Source: an uncultured Candidatus Saccharibacteria bacterium
GTDB lineage: Bacteria; Patescibacteriota; Minisyncoccia; Phycocordibacterales; PALSA-1337
Reading direction: 5' to 3'
Assembly (NCBI GenBank): GCA_964532285.1
Contig: CAZHHB010000001.1
Location: 895-64,894, forward strand
Length of the DNA: 64,000 nucleotides
The translations under genes and the position numbers were made by a program. Under the pieces are notes generated by a model. That model was not told the DNA's origin, did not search any database, and saw only the letters and a list, made by a program, of their open reading frames with translations. Position 1 is the stretch's first letter. Each line of letters starts with the position of its first letter. Positions 17,489 to 26,011 of the stretch are shown here, piece by piece.

Positions 17489-17746
17489 TTAAGCGATCAC
17501 TTTGAAAGACTTATTCTTTGACATCGGTCTGCAAGACTCTATCGTAGCCTTGTCCCCTATCTTCTTCGTATTACCTGGATTGTGCGCCATCAATCTTGTC
17601 TTCTTGTTTTGAAACTTATGATATTTCTCATTCTTGATGTAGCTCTTTATCTCTACGATGATCGTATCCTTCATCTTGTCAGAAACAACAACACCGGAAA
17701 ATGTCTGGCGTTTTGGCTGATTTTCAGTTTTTTGGGAAATTGTCAT
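17489..17746 (-). CDS. rpsQ: 30S ribosomal protein S17
   Basis: 85 aa. FSGVVVSDKMKDTIIV...KYHKFQNKKTRLMAH. Confidence 0.88.
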   Translation of the reverse strand: MTISQKTENQPKRQTFSGVVVSDKMKDTIIVEIKSYIKNEKYHKFQNKKTRLMAHNPGNTKKIGDKATIESCRPMSKNKSFKVIA

Positions 17747-17782
17747 GTGAGTGATGATACTACTTGAAATATGATGAAATGT

Positions 17783-18001
17783 CTATTTTTCCTCGCCCGC
17801 CGTAGCTTTAGCGGAGGCTGGGTTGGAACTTAGTGCTGTCATTATCCTAGCGATGTCTTTCCTTATGGAATACCCTTCTTTGACATTCTTGGTCTTGGCA
17901 CCGGCCGCCCCAAACCTAAAAACTCTCAAAGCTTCTCGTTTATCATTGAGCATTTTTGCCAAATCGGCGGCTGTTTCATTTTTGATTTTGAATTTTTTCA
18001 T
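17783..18001 (-). CDS. rpmC: 50S ribosomal protein L29
   Basis: 72 aa. ELRVFRFGAAGAKTKNVKEG. The C-terminal codons overlap a copy of the GTAGCTTTAGCG hairpin motif. Confidence 0.85.
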   Translation of the reverse strand: MKKFKIKNETAADLAKMLNDKREALRVFRFGAAGAKTKNVKEGYSIRKDIARIMTALSSNPASAKATAGEEK

Positions 18002-18051
18002 TTTTTTGAATGTCTTTTGTTGCCCACACTTTCCACTTTTGACTTTCTACT

Positions 18052-18477
18052 TTAAACTCTGCTAACTACCTTCGTCTTGACCGGCAACTTCGTCCCCGCC
18101 TTACGAAGTGCTTCGGCTGCAACCTCTGGTTCTACCCCGTCTATCTCAAACATGATACGGCCAGGTTTGACCTCGGCAATGAATCCCACTGGATCACCCT
18201 TACCTTTTCCCATTTTCACTTCGGCTGGCTTCTGTGTAAATGGATGATCTGGGAATATTCTAATCCAAACTTTTCCGGACTTCGTAGCGTAACGAGCCAT
18301 AACCTTGCGGGCAGCTTCTATCTGATTTGAAGTGATGCGGGCGTACTTCATGGCCTTCAATCCATATGAACCGAAAGCGATGTTTATGCCACGAGTATCA
18401 GCATGAGCCATCTCCTTGTCAGGATGAGTGCGCATTGTGAACCACTTACGATGTTTTACTTTTTTTGGGAATAACAT
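18052..18477 (-). CDS. rplP: 50S ribosomal protein L16
   Basis: 141 aa. MLFPKKVKHRKW... Confidence 0.92.
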   Translation of the reverse strand: MLFPKKVKHRKWFTMRTHPDKEMAHADTRGINIAFGSYGLKAMKYARITSNQIEAARKVMARYATKSGKVWIRIFPDHPFTQKPAEVKMGKGKGDPVGFIAEVKPGRIMFEIDGVEPEVAAEALRKAGTKLPVKTKVVSRV

Positions 18478-18486
18478 GATGGTTTA

Positions 18487-19161
18487 TTAGGCGGTCTTTT
18501 GGTCTTTCTTGAAAATTTCACCCTTGTATATCCAAACCTTGATTCCGATATTGCCATATGTCATATGAGCTTCTTCTCTGGCAAAATCGATATCGGCTCG
18601 CAAGGTCTGTAGAGGAATCCTGCCTTTCTTGAGTTCCTCAGAACGAGCGATCTCTGCTCCACCCAGACGACCACCTAGACGAATACGAATACCCTGAACT
18701 TCTTTGTTGGCCATAACCTTCTCTATGGTCTGTTTCATAACACGACGGAATGGAAGTCTCTTTTCGAGTGCTTCGGCTACCATCATAGCGGCAATCGGAG
18801 CATTTGACTCTGGATTACGAACTTCTTCTATATCCATTTTGAGTTCAATCCCCTTGATCTCAGCCTTTTTCTTGTGCAGAAGTTTGAGGACTTTTTCGCG
18901 TAATTTGACGACACCATCACCAGCCTTACCTATAAGCATACCTGGACGAGAAGTTTTGATGATGACACGGAGTATTTTCTGATTGCGTTCTATGTCTATA
19001 CCACCGAGATAATTGGCGCGGAGTTCTTTGCGTAGAAATTCACGGATCAAAAGATCACCCTTCAAAGAAGTGCGGTAAGTCTTGTCTGTTGAAAACCAAC
19101 GACTCCTCCAATCGCGGATGATTCCTAGTCTATGTGAATATGGGTGTACGGTATGTGACAT
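18487..19161 (-). CDS. rpsC: 30S ribosomal protein S3
   Basis: 224 aa. KH-domain and S3 C-terminal domain pattern. Confidence 0.92.
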   Translation of the reverse strand: MSHTVHPYSHRLGIIRDWRSRWFSTDKTYRTSLKGDLLIREFLRKELRANYLGGIDIERNQKILRVIIKTSRPGMLIGKAGDGVVKLREKVLKLLHKKKAEIKGIELKMDIEEVRNPESNAPIAAMMVAEALEKRLPFRRVMKQTIEKVMANKEVQGIRIRLGGRLGGAEIARSEELKKGRIPLQTLRADIDFAREEAHMTYGNIGIKVWIYKGEIFKKDQKTA

Positions 19162-19162
19162 G

Positions 19163-19552
19163 TTATTTATTTTTAATCTTCTTCACAACCTTCTCTTTGG
19201 CCTCTTTGACGACCTTCTTGGCTTCTATCGGTGCAAGCATGATACTGATATGACTCATTCTGTGTTTGATCGGGTGTGCTGAACCTCTAGAGACGGGCTT
19301 GTGACGCTTCATTACGAAACCAGCATCAACACGGATCTCTTTTACGAAAAGGACATCTTTCTCTATCTTATGATTGTGTGAAGCGTTGGCAATAGCAGAA
19401 TCCAAAAGGACTCCCAATGGATTGCCAGCTTTCTTGATCACTGTATCCAAGATATTTTTTGCCTGGAGAACCCCCTTCCCGCGGATCATATCAGCGACCA
19501 AACGGACTTTTCGTGGAGAGATGCGGTAATTTTTGAGTGAGGCGGTAATCAT
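19163..19552 (-). CDS. rplV: 50S ribosomal protein L22
   Basis: 129 aa. ISPRKVRLVADMIRGK. Confidence 0.92.
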   Translation of the reverse strand: MITASLKNYRISPRKVRLVADMIRGKGVLQAKNILDTVIKKAGNPLGVLLDSAIANASHNHKIEKDVLFVKEIRVDAGFVMKRHKPVSRGSAHPIKHRMSHISIMLAPIEAKKVVKEAKEKVVKKIKNK

Positions 19553-19561
19553 GGTGGTGTA

Positions 19562-19912
19562 TTATTTCTTTGTAGATGCTGTCGTGGCAGCTTCTTTGGC
19601 GGATTTTGCAGCAGCCATCTCAGCTTCCTTGGCCTTCATCTCTATCTCCTTTTGCATCTTACCTCCATGTCTGACGAATTTCTTCGTAGGCGAAAATTCA
19701 CCGAGGCGGTGTCCAACCATATCCTCGGTAACCAATACATCTATATGTGCCTTGCCATTGTGTACGCCAAAGGTAAAACCGAGCATCTCTGGTGAAATCT
19801 GAGATCGGCGTGACCACGTCTTTATAGAAGCCGTATCTGCCGGCTTTTTTCCGAGAATCTTCCTGAGAAGTCTCTCTTCAACATATGGACCTTTTTTAAG
19901 CGATCGTGACAT
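19562..19912 (-). CDS. rpsS: 30S ribosomal protein S19 with a Lys/Ala/Glu-rich C-terminal tail
   Basis: [16 protein letters not shown]...[26 protein letters not shown]. Confidence 0.9.
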   Translation of the reverse strand: MSRSLKKGPYVEERLLRKILGKKPADTASIKTWSRRSQISPEMLGFTFGVHNGKAHIDVLVTEDMVGHRLGEFSPTKKFVRHGGKMQKEIEMKAKEAEMAAAKSAKEAATTASTKK

Positions 19913-20001
19913 TTTTGGATGTATAAATTAAATAAAAATGGAAGATATCATCTTCCTTTCTTGAAAAGACGATAAAAATTAGCCCTGAAGAGCTTGGTTG
20001 C

Positions 20002-20030
20002 ATGTTAACAGAGCCGTAGATTGAAGTCAA
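20002..20030 (-). promoter_or_regulatory. Promoter TTGACT-N17-TAACAT upstream of rpsS, part of a ~60-nt module also found upstream of rplD
   Basis: Read on the minus strand: TTGACTTCAATCTACGGCTCTGTTAACAT. A nearly identical TTGACTTCAATCTCTGCCTCTGTTAGTAT occurs at 25056-25084. Confidence 0.5.
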
Positions 20031-20048
20031 GGCGAAGTGCTATAATAT
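20021..20048 (+). promoter_or_regulatory. Divergent promoter for the pseudopilin operon. The -35 TTGAAG overlaps the minus-strand -35, and the -10 TATAAT is at 20041-20046. The leader is 9 nt or less.
   Basis: TTGAAGTCAA is palindromic, so it supplies a -35 on both strands. The ATG is at 20056. Confidence 0.4.
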
Positions 20049-20055
20049 ATAACAA

Positions 20056-20538
20056 ATGAAACCACTGACTAGTTCCACACTTTTTCATCGTGGCATGACT
20101 CTCGTAGAAATAATATCTGTAATAGCTATTTTTATTATAATCTTCGGCATCGGTTCATACGTATTCATAAACGCACGCAGATCAAGTGAACTCAGGGGAT
20201 TAACAGATACCATTGCATTGACACTTGAACAAGCCAAATCGAACGCTCTTATAGGTAAGGGTGGCTTAGATTTCGGCCTTAGGTTTGCTGCCGATTCATA
20301 TACTTATTTCAGTGGCAGTTCATATGTCCCATCCGATACTTCAAATCAGGTTCATGGTTTAAGTACAGGCTATCAAATAGCAAACACCTTCGCTTCTACC
20401 AGTGGAGTAGTGGTGTTCAGACACTTAACGGGTCTGCCTCAGGCTACTGGCACGGTCACTATCACTGCCCTTTCAGATCCATCAGATCCACAGACCATCA
20501 TCATAGGGAGCCAAGGAGAAATCACTGTGATAAAATAA
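20056..20538 (+). CDS. Type IV pilin-like protein / pseudopilin (GspH/FimT-like)
   Basis: Prepilin N-terminus: cleavage/methylation-type motif G-MTLVEI followed by a hydrophobic helix (RGMTLVEIISVIAIFIII). Confidence 0.7.
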   Translation: MKPLTSSTLFHRGMTLVEIISVIAIFIIIFGIGSYVFINARRSSELRGLTDTIALTLEQAKSNALIGKGGLDFGLRFAADSYTYFSGSSYVPSDTSNQVHGLSTGYQIANTFASTSGVVVFRHLTGLPQATGTVTITALSDPSDPQTIIIGSQGEITVIK

Positions 20539-20545
20539 ATAATGA

Positions 20546-21028
20546 ATGAATAAGAATACCGGCTTTAGTATTATAGAAATAGTTATTGCTGCGGCAATAA
20601 TCGTCACACTCGTGACAGCGGCGGCTGGAGCCTGGCAGTTGTATTTCAAAGTTTCCAGAACAAGTAACCAGAATACTCAAGCAGCCCTATTGACTGGAGA
20701 AGCCGCGGAGGCACTTAATCTCCTTAGGGATTCTGGTTGGACCGCAAATATATCCCCTCTTTCCCTGGGTACCACATACTACTTGTATTGGAATGGTGAT
20801 ACATATGCAACTTCGACCACCCCAATTCTCATAGATAATTCCCCATATAGTATAAGTTTTGTATTTTCTGAGATCAGGCGCGACACCACAAGCGACAACA
20901 TCGTCAGTTCCGGTGGAGCCGTCGACATTCACACACGTAGCGTGGTCATCTCCATAATGTCGTCCTCCAGTCCCCCGATGACAGTAATGCAATCTTCACT
21001 TTTACTTCATGATGTATACAAAAACTAA
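20546..21028 (+). CDS. Type IV pilin-like protein / pseudopilin
   Basis: N-terminus NTGFSIIEIVIAAAIIV (G-F-x-x-x-E prepilin signature). Confidence 0.7.
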   Translation: MNKNTGFSIIEIVIAAAIIVTLVTAAAGAWQLYFKVSRTSNQNTQAALLTGEAAEALNLLRDSGWTANISPLSLGTTYYLYWNGDTYATSTTPILIDNSPYSISFVFSEIRRDTTSDNIVSSGGAVDIHTRSVVISIMSSSSPPMTVMQSSLLLHDVYKN

Positions 21029-21530
21029 ACAAAAAGGCTTCACATTGGTTGAGACTCTCATATATATTGCAGGGGCTGTAATCGTCATAGGTATGATAGT
21101 AAGCATGCTCTATTACGCATATTCATGGTATGGGAGAGTATCAGAGCCCTCTCGTGTGGATCAGATAGGTTCTGCTTTGGTTAATAAACTTCTAGGAGAC
21201 ATTCGCGGTGGTCAGAGTATTGATCTCCCACAGAGTTCATTCGCCACGAACAATGGTACGCTAACCATAGACACCTTAACACCTTCACTGACAAATGTAA
21301 TCAAACATTATGCGTTACAAAATGGGCGTATCATATACCAAGAAAACAGCGGAGACATACAATACCTAACCCCTAGCGATATTACTGTATCGCAATTCTA
21401 CTTGAATCAAGCAACCACAACAGTTTCAAGTGCCATAAGGTTCTCTGTAAATATTGATTACCTAACCAAAACAGGCACCAGTACGAATACATATTCTGGT
21501 ATGGCTATCCTGAGAAATTCATATCAATAA
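21009..21530 (+). CDS. Type IV pilin-like protein / pseudopilin
   Basis: N-terminus KGFTLVETLIYIAGAVIVIG, a classic class III signal. Confidence 0.75.
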   Translation: MMYTKTKQKGFTLVETLIYIAGAVIVIGMIVSMLYYAYSWYGRVSEPSRVDQIGSALVNKLLGDIRGGQSIDLPQSSFATNNGTLTIDTLTPSLTNVIKHYALQNGRIIYQENSGDIQYLTPSDITVSQFYLNQATTTVSSAIRFSVNIDYLTKTGTSTNTYSGMAILRNSYQ

Positions 21531-21531
21531 A

Positions 21532-22821
21532 ATGATGTACAAACATAAACAAGGTGGATATATAGTTATTTTGAATACGCTTCTCTTTATTTCCATAATG
21601 GCGGTTATGCTTGTTGCTCTTTCTAACATAGTAGTCATTCGTTATTCATCTTCCCAAGGATATTCTTCCTCTAAACAATCATATCTTCTGGCTCATAGCG
21701 CGGCAGAAGAAGCTTTGTATCGTTTGAAAAATGGCTTGGATATACCCGCAAGCGGTTCCATCACCCTCTCGTCAGGTTCGGCCACAATAAATGTAACCGA
21801 TACACCCAACGGCAAAGAGATCACCGTCAATAGTGATTCTGGAGGATACAATCACAATATAAAGATTGGCCTGAGTCTCGGGACCGGGATCTCCTTCCAT
21901 TACGGCATCCAATCTGGCATGGGGGGCTTTGTTCTGCAGAATAGTTCGTCAGTAACCGGGAACATATATTCTGGAGGAACAGTCGTGGGTTCCGGCAATT
22001 ATATATATGGCGATGTTATCTCATCTGGATCAGGCGGACTTGTACACGGTATACATGCGACGGGGACAGTCTATGCTCATACAATCGGCAGTGTTTCGCG
22101 AGCTACTACTATAGACAAAGATGCTTATTATACAACCAAGGTCGGAACCGTCAGTGTTGGTGGTACACAATATTCAGGAAGCGATGATCAACCTGCTGTA
22201 GATTTGCCAATTTCCGACGAGCAGATTGCTTTATGGGAAGATGAGGCAGATAATTTTATAAGCAGTGGGTGTTCAGAAGGTATGTACAAGATAACATCAG
22301 ATATTCCTCTCGGCCCAATCAAAATACCTTGTAATCTAGAGATTAGTGGAAGCCCAACTATCACAATAGCTGGTCCGGTATGGGTAACTGGAAATATAAC
22401 TACAAAAAATTCTCCTACAATCAAAATATCCTCAACACTCGGCAATCAAAATGTCGCCATAATTGCAGACAATCCGGCCAACAGAAGTGGTAGTGGCGTT
22501 GTAGAGATAGCCAATAGTACAAACTTCCAAAATTCAGGAGTGGCTGGCTCTTTCGTCTTTATGATCTCGCAAAACAATAGTGCAGAGATGGGTGGAAGTG
22601 TGGAAGCAATACAAATAGACAACAGTGCGACTGCCCTAGTCGTCTATGCACCACACGGTCTTATAGCAATAGCTAATACCGCCGCCCTAAAAGAAGCCAC
22701 GGCTTACAGAATCACCTTGAAAAATTCTGCCAATGTAACCTATGATAAGGGTTTGGCCAACGCAATCTTCAAGGCTGGACCTAGTGGTGGGTACAGTTTA
22801 CTTAATTGGTCGGAAATCTAA
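21532..22821 (+). CDS. Putative minor pilin / pilus tip-associated protein (PilX/GspK-like), Gly/Ser-rich beta-rich body
   Basis: N-terminal hydrophobic helix (GGYIVILNTLLFISIMAVMLVAL) without Glu5. Last gene of the pilin operon. 429 aa. Confidence 0.45.
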   Translation: MMYKHKQGGYIVILNTLLFISIMAVMLVALSNIVVIRYSSSQGYSSSKQSYLLAHSAAEEALYRLKNGLDIPASGSITLSSGSATINVTDTPNGKEITVNSDSGGYNHNIKIGLSLGTGISFHYGIQSGMGGFVLQNSSSVTGNIYSGGTVVGSGNYIYGDVISSGSGGLVHGIHATGTVYAHTIGSVSRATTIDKDAYYTTKVGTVSVGGTQYSGSDDQPAVDLPISDEQIALWEDEADNFISSGCSEGMYKITSDIPLGPIKIPCNLEISGSPTITIAGPVWVTGNITTKNSPTIKISSTLGNQNVAIIADNPANRSGSGVVEIANSTNFQNSGVAGSFVFMISQNNSAEMGGSVEAIQIDNSATALVVYAPHGLIAIANTAALKEATAYRITLKNSANVTYDKGLANAIFKAGPSGGYSLLNWSEI

Positions 22822-22966
22822 CATACTCATATGCAATGCGTGGTCGTTATCATAGACAAAATCGTACTTACAGACAGCCAACAATAATTACCTGTGTACG
22901 ATCATCCACAAGATTTTTTCAAAAACTTTTTTAGTTGTATTGACTACGAAATTGAACATCTGGAGA

Positions 22967-23821
22967 CTAGACCCTACTAGTCATATTTTTTCCTGGCTGA
23001 CGGCGAGAGACAACGAAAACGTTGGAATATTTCTTGGAGCGACGAGTCTTCTGGCCCTTACCTGCTGGCTTGCCCCAACGAGTCTTGAGACGACGTAGAC
23101 CGCGACCAGACTTCTGTTCTCCACCACCGTATGGGTGATCTACTGGGTTCTGAGCGGAACCACGGACTGTAGGACGGATACCCATCCAGCGTGATCTTCC
23201 GGCCTTGCCAATATTGACCAAACGAGACTCTTCGTTGGAAACAGCTCCGATAGAAGCCCATGAACTCTCGTGAATCTTGCGGATTTCTGTAGACGGCATC
23301 TTGATATGTGTATAACCAGCATCGTTGGCGACTACCTGGGCAAATGAACCGGCAGAACGAACGAGCTTTGCTCCACTACCAGGCTTGACTTCTATATTGA
23401 AAATAAATGTTCCTACTGGGATTTTCTTCAGGGGAAGACGGTTACCAGTCTCAATCGGTGCGTTTTCTGATACCAAGAATGAATTGCCAACTTTCATGGT
23501 CTTTGGCAAAAGCACATATCTCTTAGCACCATCAGTATAGTTGACCAAACCGATATAACCTGTACGGAAAGGATCGTATTCAACAGTCTTCACTGTTGCA
23601 CGGACATCTTTCTTGTCATACATGAAATCAATCTCTCGAAAGAGCTTCTTGTGTCCTCCTCCTTTGTGACGAACCGTGATGCGACCAAAGGCGTTGCGTC
23701 CCATGTCTCTCTTCCATCCATGAGTGAGGGCCTTGTGTGGTTCACTTGTCGTCACATATTCTTTGAACGGCAAAACCGTCATGTGGCGTCTAGATTTACT
23801 TGTTGGTCTGAATGTTTTCAT
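22967..23821 (-). CDS. rplB: 50S ribosomal protein L2
   Basis: 284 aa. GRNAFGRITVRHKGGGHKK...MGIRPTVRGSAQNPVDHPYGGGEQ. Confidence 0.92.
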   Translation of the reverse strand: MKTFRPTSKSRRHMTVLPFKEYVTTSEPHKALTHGWKRDMGRNAFGRITVRHKGGGHKKLFREIDFMYDKKDVRATVKTVEYDPFRTGYIGLVNYTDGAKRYVLLPKTMKVGNSFLVSENAPIETGNRLPLKKIPVGTFIFNIEVKPGSGAKLVRSAGSFAQVVANDAGYTHIKMPSTEIRKIHESSWASIGAVSNEESRLVNIGKAGRSRWMGIRPTVRGSAQNPVDHPYGGGEQKSGRGLRRLKTRWGKPAGKGQKTRRSKKYSNVFVVSRRQPGKNMTSRV

Positions 23822-23829
23822 GATTTTTA

Positions 23830-24294
23830 TTATACAAAATCAATCTTATCCCCTTTCTTCAAAGTCACCATGGCTTTCCTGATACCAGAGACTGTGCCTC
23901 TGCGATTTTTTACAAACACATTCCTCATAGGTGTATTGATCATTGCTACTCTTACCGGAGAGACTTTGTATAGAACCTTGATGGCTCTTGCAACCATGGC
24001 CTTGTTGGCATTGGAAGAAACTTCAAATGTGTAAACACCTCCCTGCGATAAAATGCCGGACTTCTCTGTGATGCGTGGGCGTAGAATGACTGAGGCAGAA
24101 CTTGATTCTACACCCCCATGCAAAACCGGAACAACCATCTTGTTGTGATCAGGCTTCTTGGCGTCTGTAATAGCGGCGGTCTTGGTGGACTTTATCTTGG
24201 ATTTTACGGCCTTTTTGTCAGACACGACTTTTGCCGTCTGAGCTCCCTGCTCTAGTTTCTCATCTTTTCTTTTTTTGAATCCGAAGATAGCCAT
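23830..24294 (-). CDS. rplW: 50S ribosomal protein L23 with an N-terminal Lys-rich extension
   Basis: C-terminal L23 core VILRPRITEKSGILSQGGVYTFEV...AMINT. Confidence 0.8.
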   Translation of the reverse strand: MAIFGFKKRKDEKLEQGAQTAKVVSDKKAVKSKIKSTKTAAITDAKKPDHNKMVVPVLHGGVESSSASVILRPRITEKSGILSQGGVYTFEVSSNANKAMVARAIKVLYKVSPVRVAMINTPMRNVFVKNRRGTVSGIRKAMVTLKKGDKIDFV

Positions 24295-24311
24295 GGTAGT
24301 TAGTTATAAAG

Positions 24312-24995
24312 TTAGGCGGACTGCTTGGTTTTATCTGTTAATTGAGCTACAAACATCTTCAATGACTCTTCTGGGTTGGAAACTATCAAAAACTTGTGAT
24401 TCAAAACTGATACTGGATTGATATTGCGGAATTCTTCTATGGAAATGTTACCGAAATTGTTGAAACTCTTGGAAATAGCGTTGGTCTTCTTGTCCAAAGT
24501 AATGATGGCAGCGTTTAATTTCTTTGTGCCCAACCTCTCATAACCTTTGATGGTAGAAAGTGAAGAAATGATGGTCTTTGCATCCTTGGACTTTGGTGCG
24601 GAGATATTCATACTATCAATAAATAGAATTTCTCCCTCCTTATATTTCTTTGAAAGTATTGAAAATAGAGCTTTGATTCTGGCCTTTTTATTTATCTTCC
24701 TGGAATAATTCTGATCATTCCTAGGACCATGAGTGACTCCACCACCAACCCAGATAGGTGAACGGGATGATCCGTGGCGTGCGCGTCCTGTACCCTTTTG
24801 TTTCCATGGTTTCTTACCTCCACCACGAACCTCTCCGCGAGTCTTGGCGTGAGCGATATTGGTGCGTGAATTTGAATTCATCAAACGGACTACTTCGTGA
24901 ACCAAGTCAGCATTCCATGGAGCACCGAAAATCGCCTCTGGAAGTTTGATCTTGCCTGAAGATTTGCCTTGCTGATTGTAGATTGTGGCTTCCAT
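24312..24995 (-). CDS. rplD: 50S ribosomal protein L4
   Basis: 227 aa. [24 protein letters not shown]. Confidence 0.9.
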   Translation of the reverse strand: MEATIYNQQGKSSGKIKLPEAIFGAPWNADLVHEVVRLMNSNSRTNIAHAKTRGEVRGGGKKPWKQKGTGRARHGSSRSPIWVGGGVTHGPRNDQNYSRKINKKARIKALFSILSKKYKEGEILFIDSMNISAPKSKDAKTIISSLSTIKGYERLGTKKLNAAIITLDKKTNAISKSFNNFGNISIEEFRNINPVSVLNHKFLIVSNPEESLKMFVAQLTDKTKQSA

Positions 24996-25055
24996 GGTTA
25001 ATTAAATAAAATGTTGAAAAATAGAAAACAAAAAGCCCCTAAGAGCGTGCTGTGC

Positions 25056-25084
25056 ATACTAACAGAGGCAGAGATTGAAGTCAA
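25056..25084 (-). promoter_or_regulatory. Promoter TTGACT-N17-TAGTAT upstream of rplD, paralogous to the rpsS promoter module
   Basis: About 70% identity over 60 nt with 19975-20045, including the -35/-10 and the downstream GCTCTTAGGGGC segment. Confidence 0.5.
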
Positions 25085-25189
25085 ATATTATGCTGTCATT
25101 ACTCAATTATATTGCCATTGCCAAATACAAACCTTATATGTATACTATTATTGTCTATCGGTTTTTCATAACTGATAGGGTATAACATC

Positions 25190-25852
25190 CTAGAGCAGTC
25201 CTCCTCGCGGAGGGCTGCTTTTGTTACTTTTCAAGTCTTCCCTGCGTTTTAATTCTCTACCCCAAATATCTGCCCCGATCTTTAGTACATCAGTATATCC
25301 GTCAGCCCCAGTTCTCAATTCTTGAGAAACATTATTTCTTGATGAAAAGATATAGATCTTCTTCCCATGTTTTTTCAAGTAATTAACTAGAGCCAAAAAA
25401 TCTGAGTCACCAGAAAATAATATTGCCGTATTATACTTTTCGGAAAGATATACCGCGTCTATCGTCATTTCAACATCCATGTTTCCTTTTTCTTGAATAA
25501 CCTCTCCATGTTCGTCAATAATACTTATTCTCTTCAGTTTCTTCTTTATAACTTCAAATCTAAGACCTTTTTTAAGGAAAGTATAAAATTTATGTTTACC
25601 GTCAATACTATATGTTCTAGTTCCTGTCGCTGGATAAGCTGTGTAGTAATAGACTTTTATAGAAGTCCCCAAATATAAACTTTTTATGTAATCAATAGTT
25701 TTTTGATAATCGAGAAAACGCCCCTTGGCTTTTTGAGCTTGCCACAGATTTGACGCGTCTATGAATACATAGATTGTGTTTGAAATTGTAATCTTGTCTA
25801 ACATACCGCCGAATATTAACACAAAAGATGTGTCTAAGGCGTATGTACCCAT
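25190..25852 (-). CDS. NYN/LabA-like domain protein (PIN-like nuclease fold)
   Basis: VFIDASNL...GNMDVEM...FSGDSDF motifs of the NYN/LabA family. Confidence 0.6.
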   Translation of the reverse strand: MGTYALDTSFVLIFGGMLDKITISNTIYVFIDASNLWQAQKAKGRFLDYQKTIDYIKSLYLGTSIKVYYYTAYPATGTRTYSIDGKHKFYTFLKKGLRFEVIKKKLKRISIIDEHGEVIQEKGNMDVEMTIDAVYLSEKYNTAILFSGDSDFLALVNYLKKHGKKIYIFSSRNNVSQELRTGADGYTDVLKIGADIWGRELKRREDLKSNKSSPPRGGLL

Positions 25853-25937
25853 ACATTACTACTAACAGAAAAAGTTTAAGGTAAATTTTATCCAACTTCC
25901 AATCCTTAATAGCTCTTCTGCCACCAGACCCCAAGTC

Positions 25938-25967
25938 GACCATTTTAGTCAACTGACTAAAATGGTC
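25938..25967. repeat. Hairpin repeat H1 of the CCATTTT...AAAATGG family (GACCATTTTAGTCA-act-GACTAAAATGGTC)
   Basis: Perfect 13-bp stem. The flanks (CCAGACCC) are shared with copy H2. Confidence 0.7.
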
Positions 25968-26011
25968 ACTAACTATTTGACCCCTATGTAGAACTGCTTT
26001 TGCTGTTAGAT

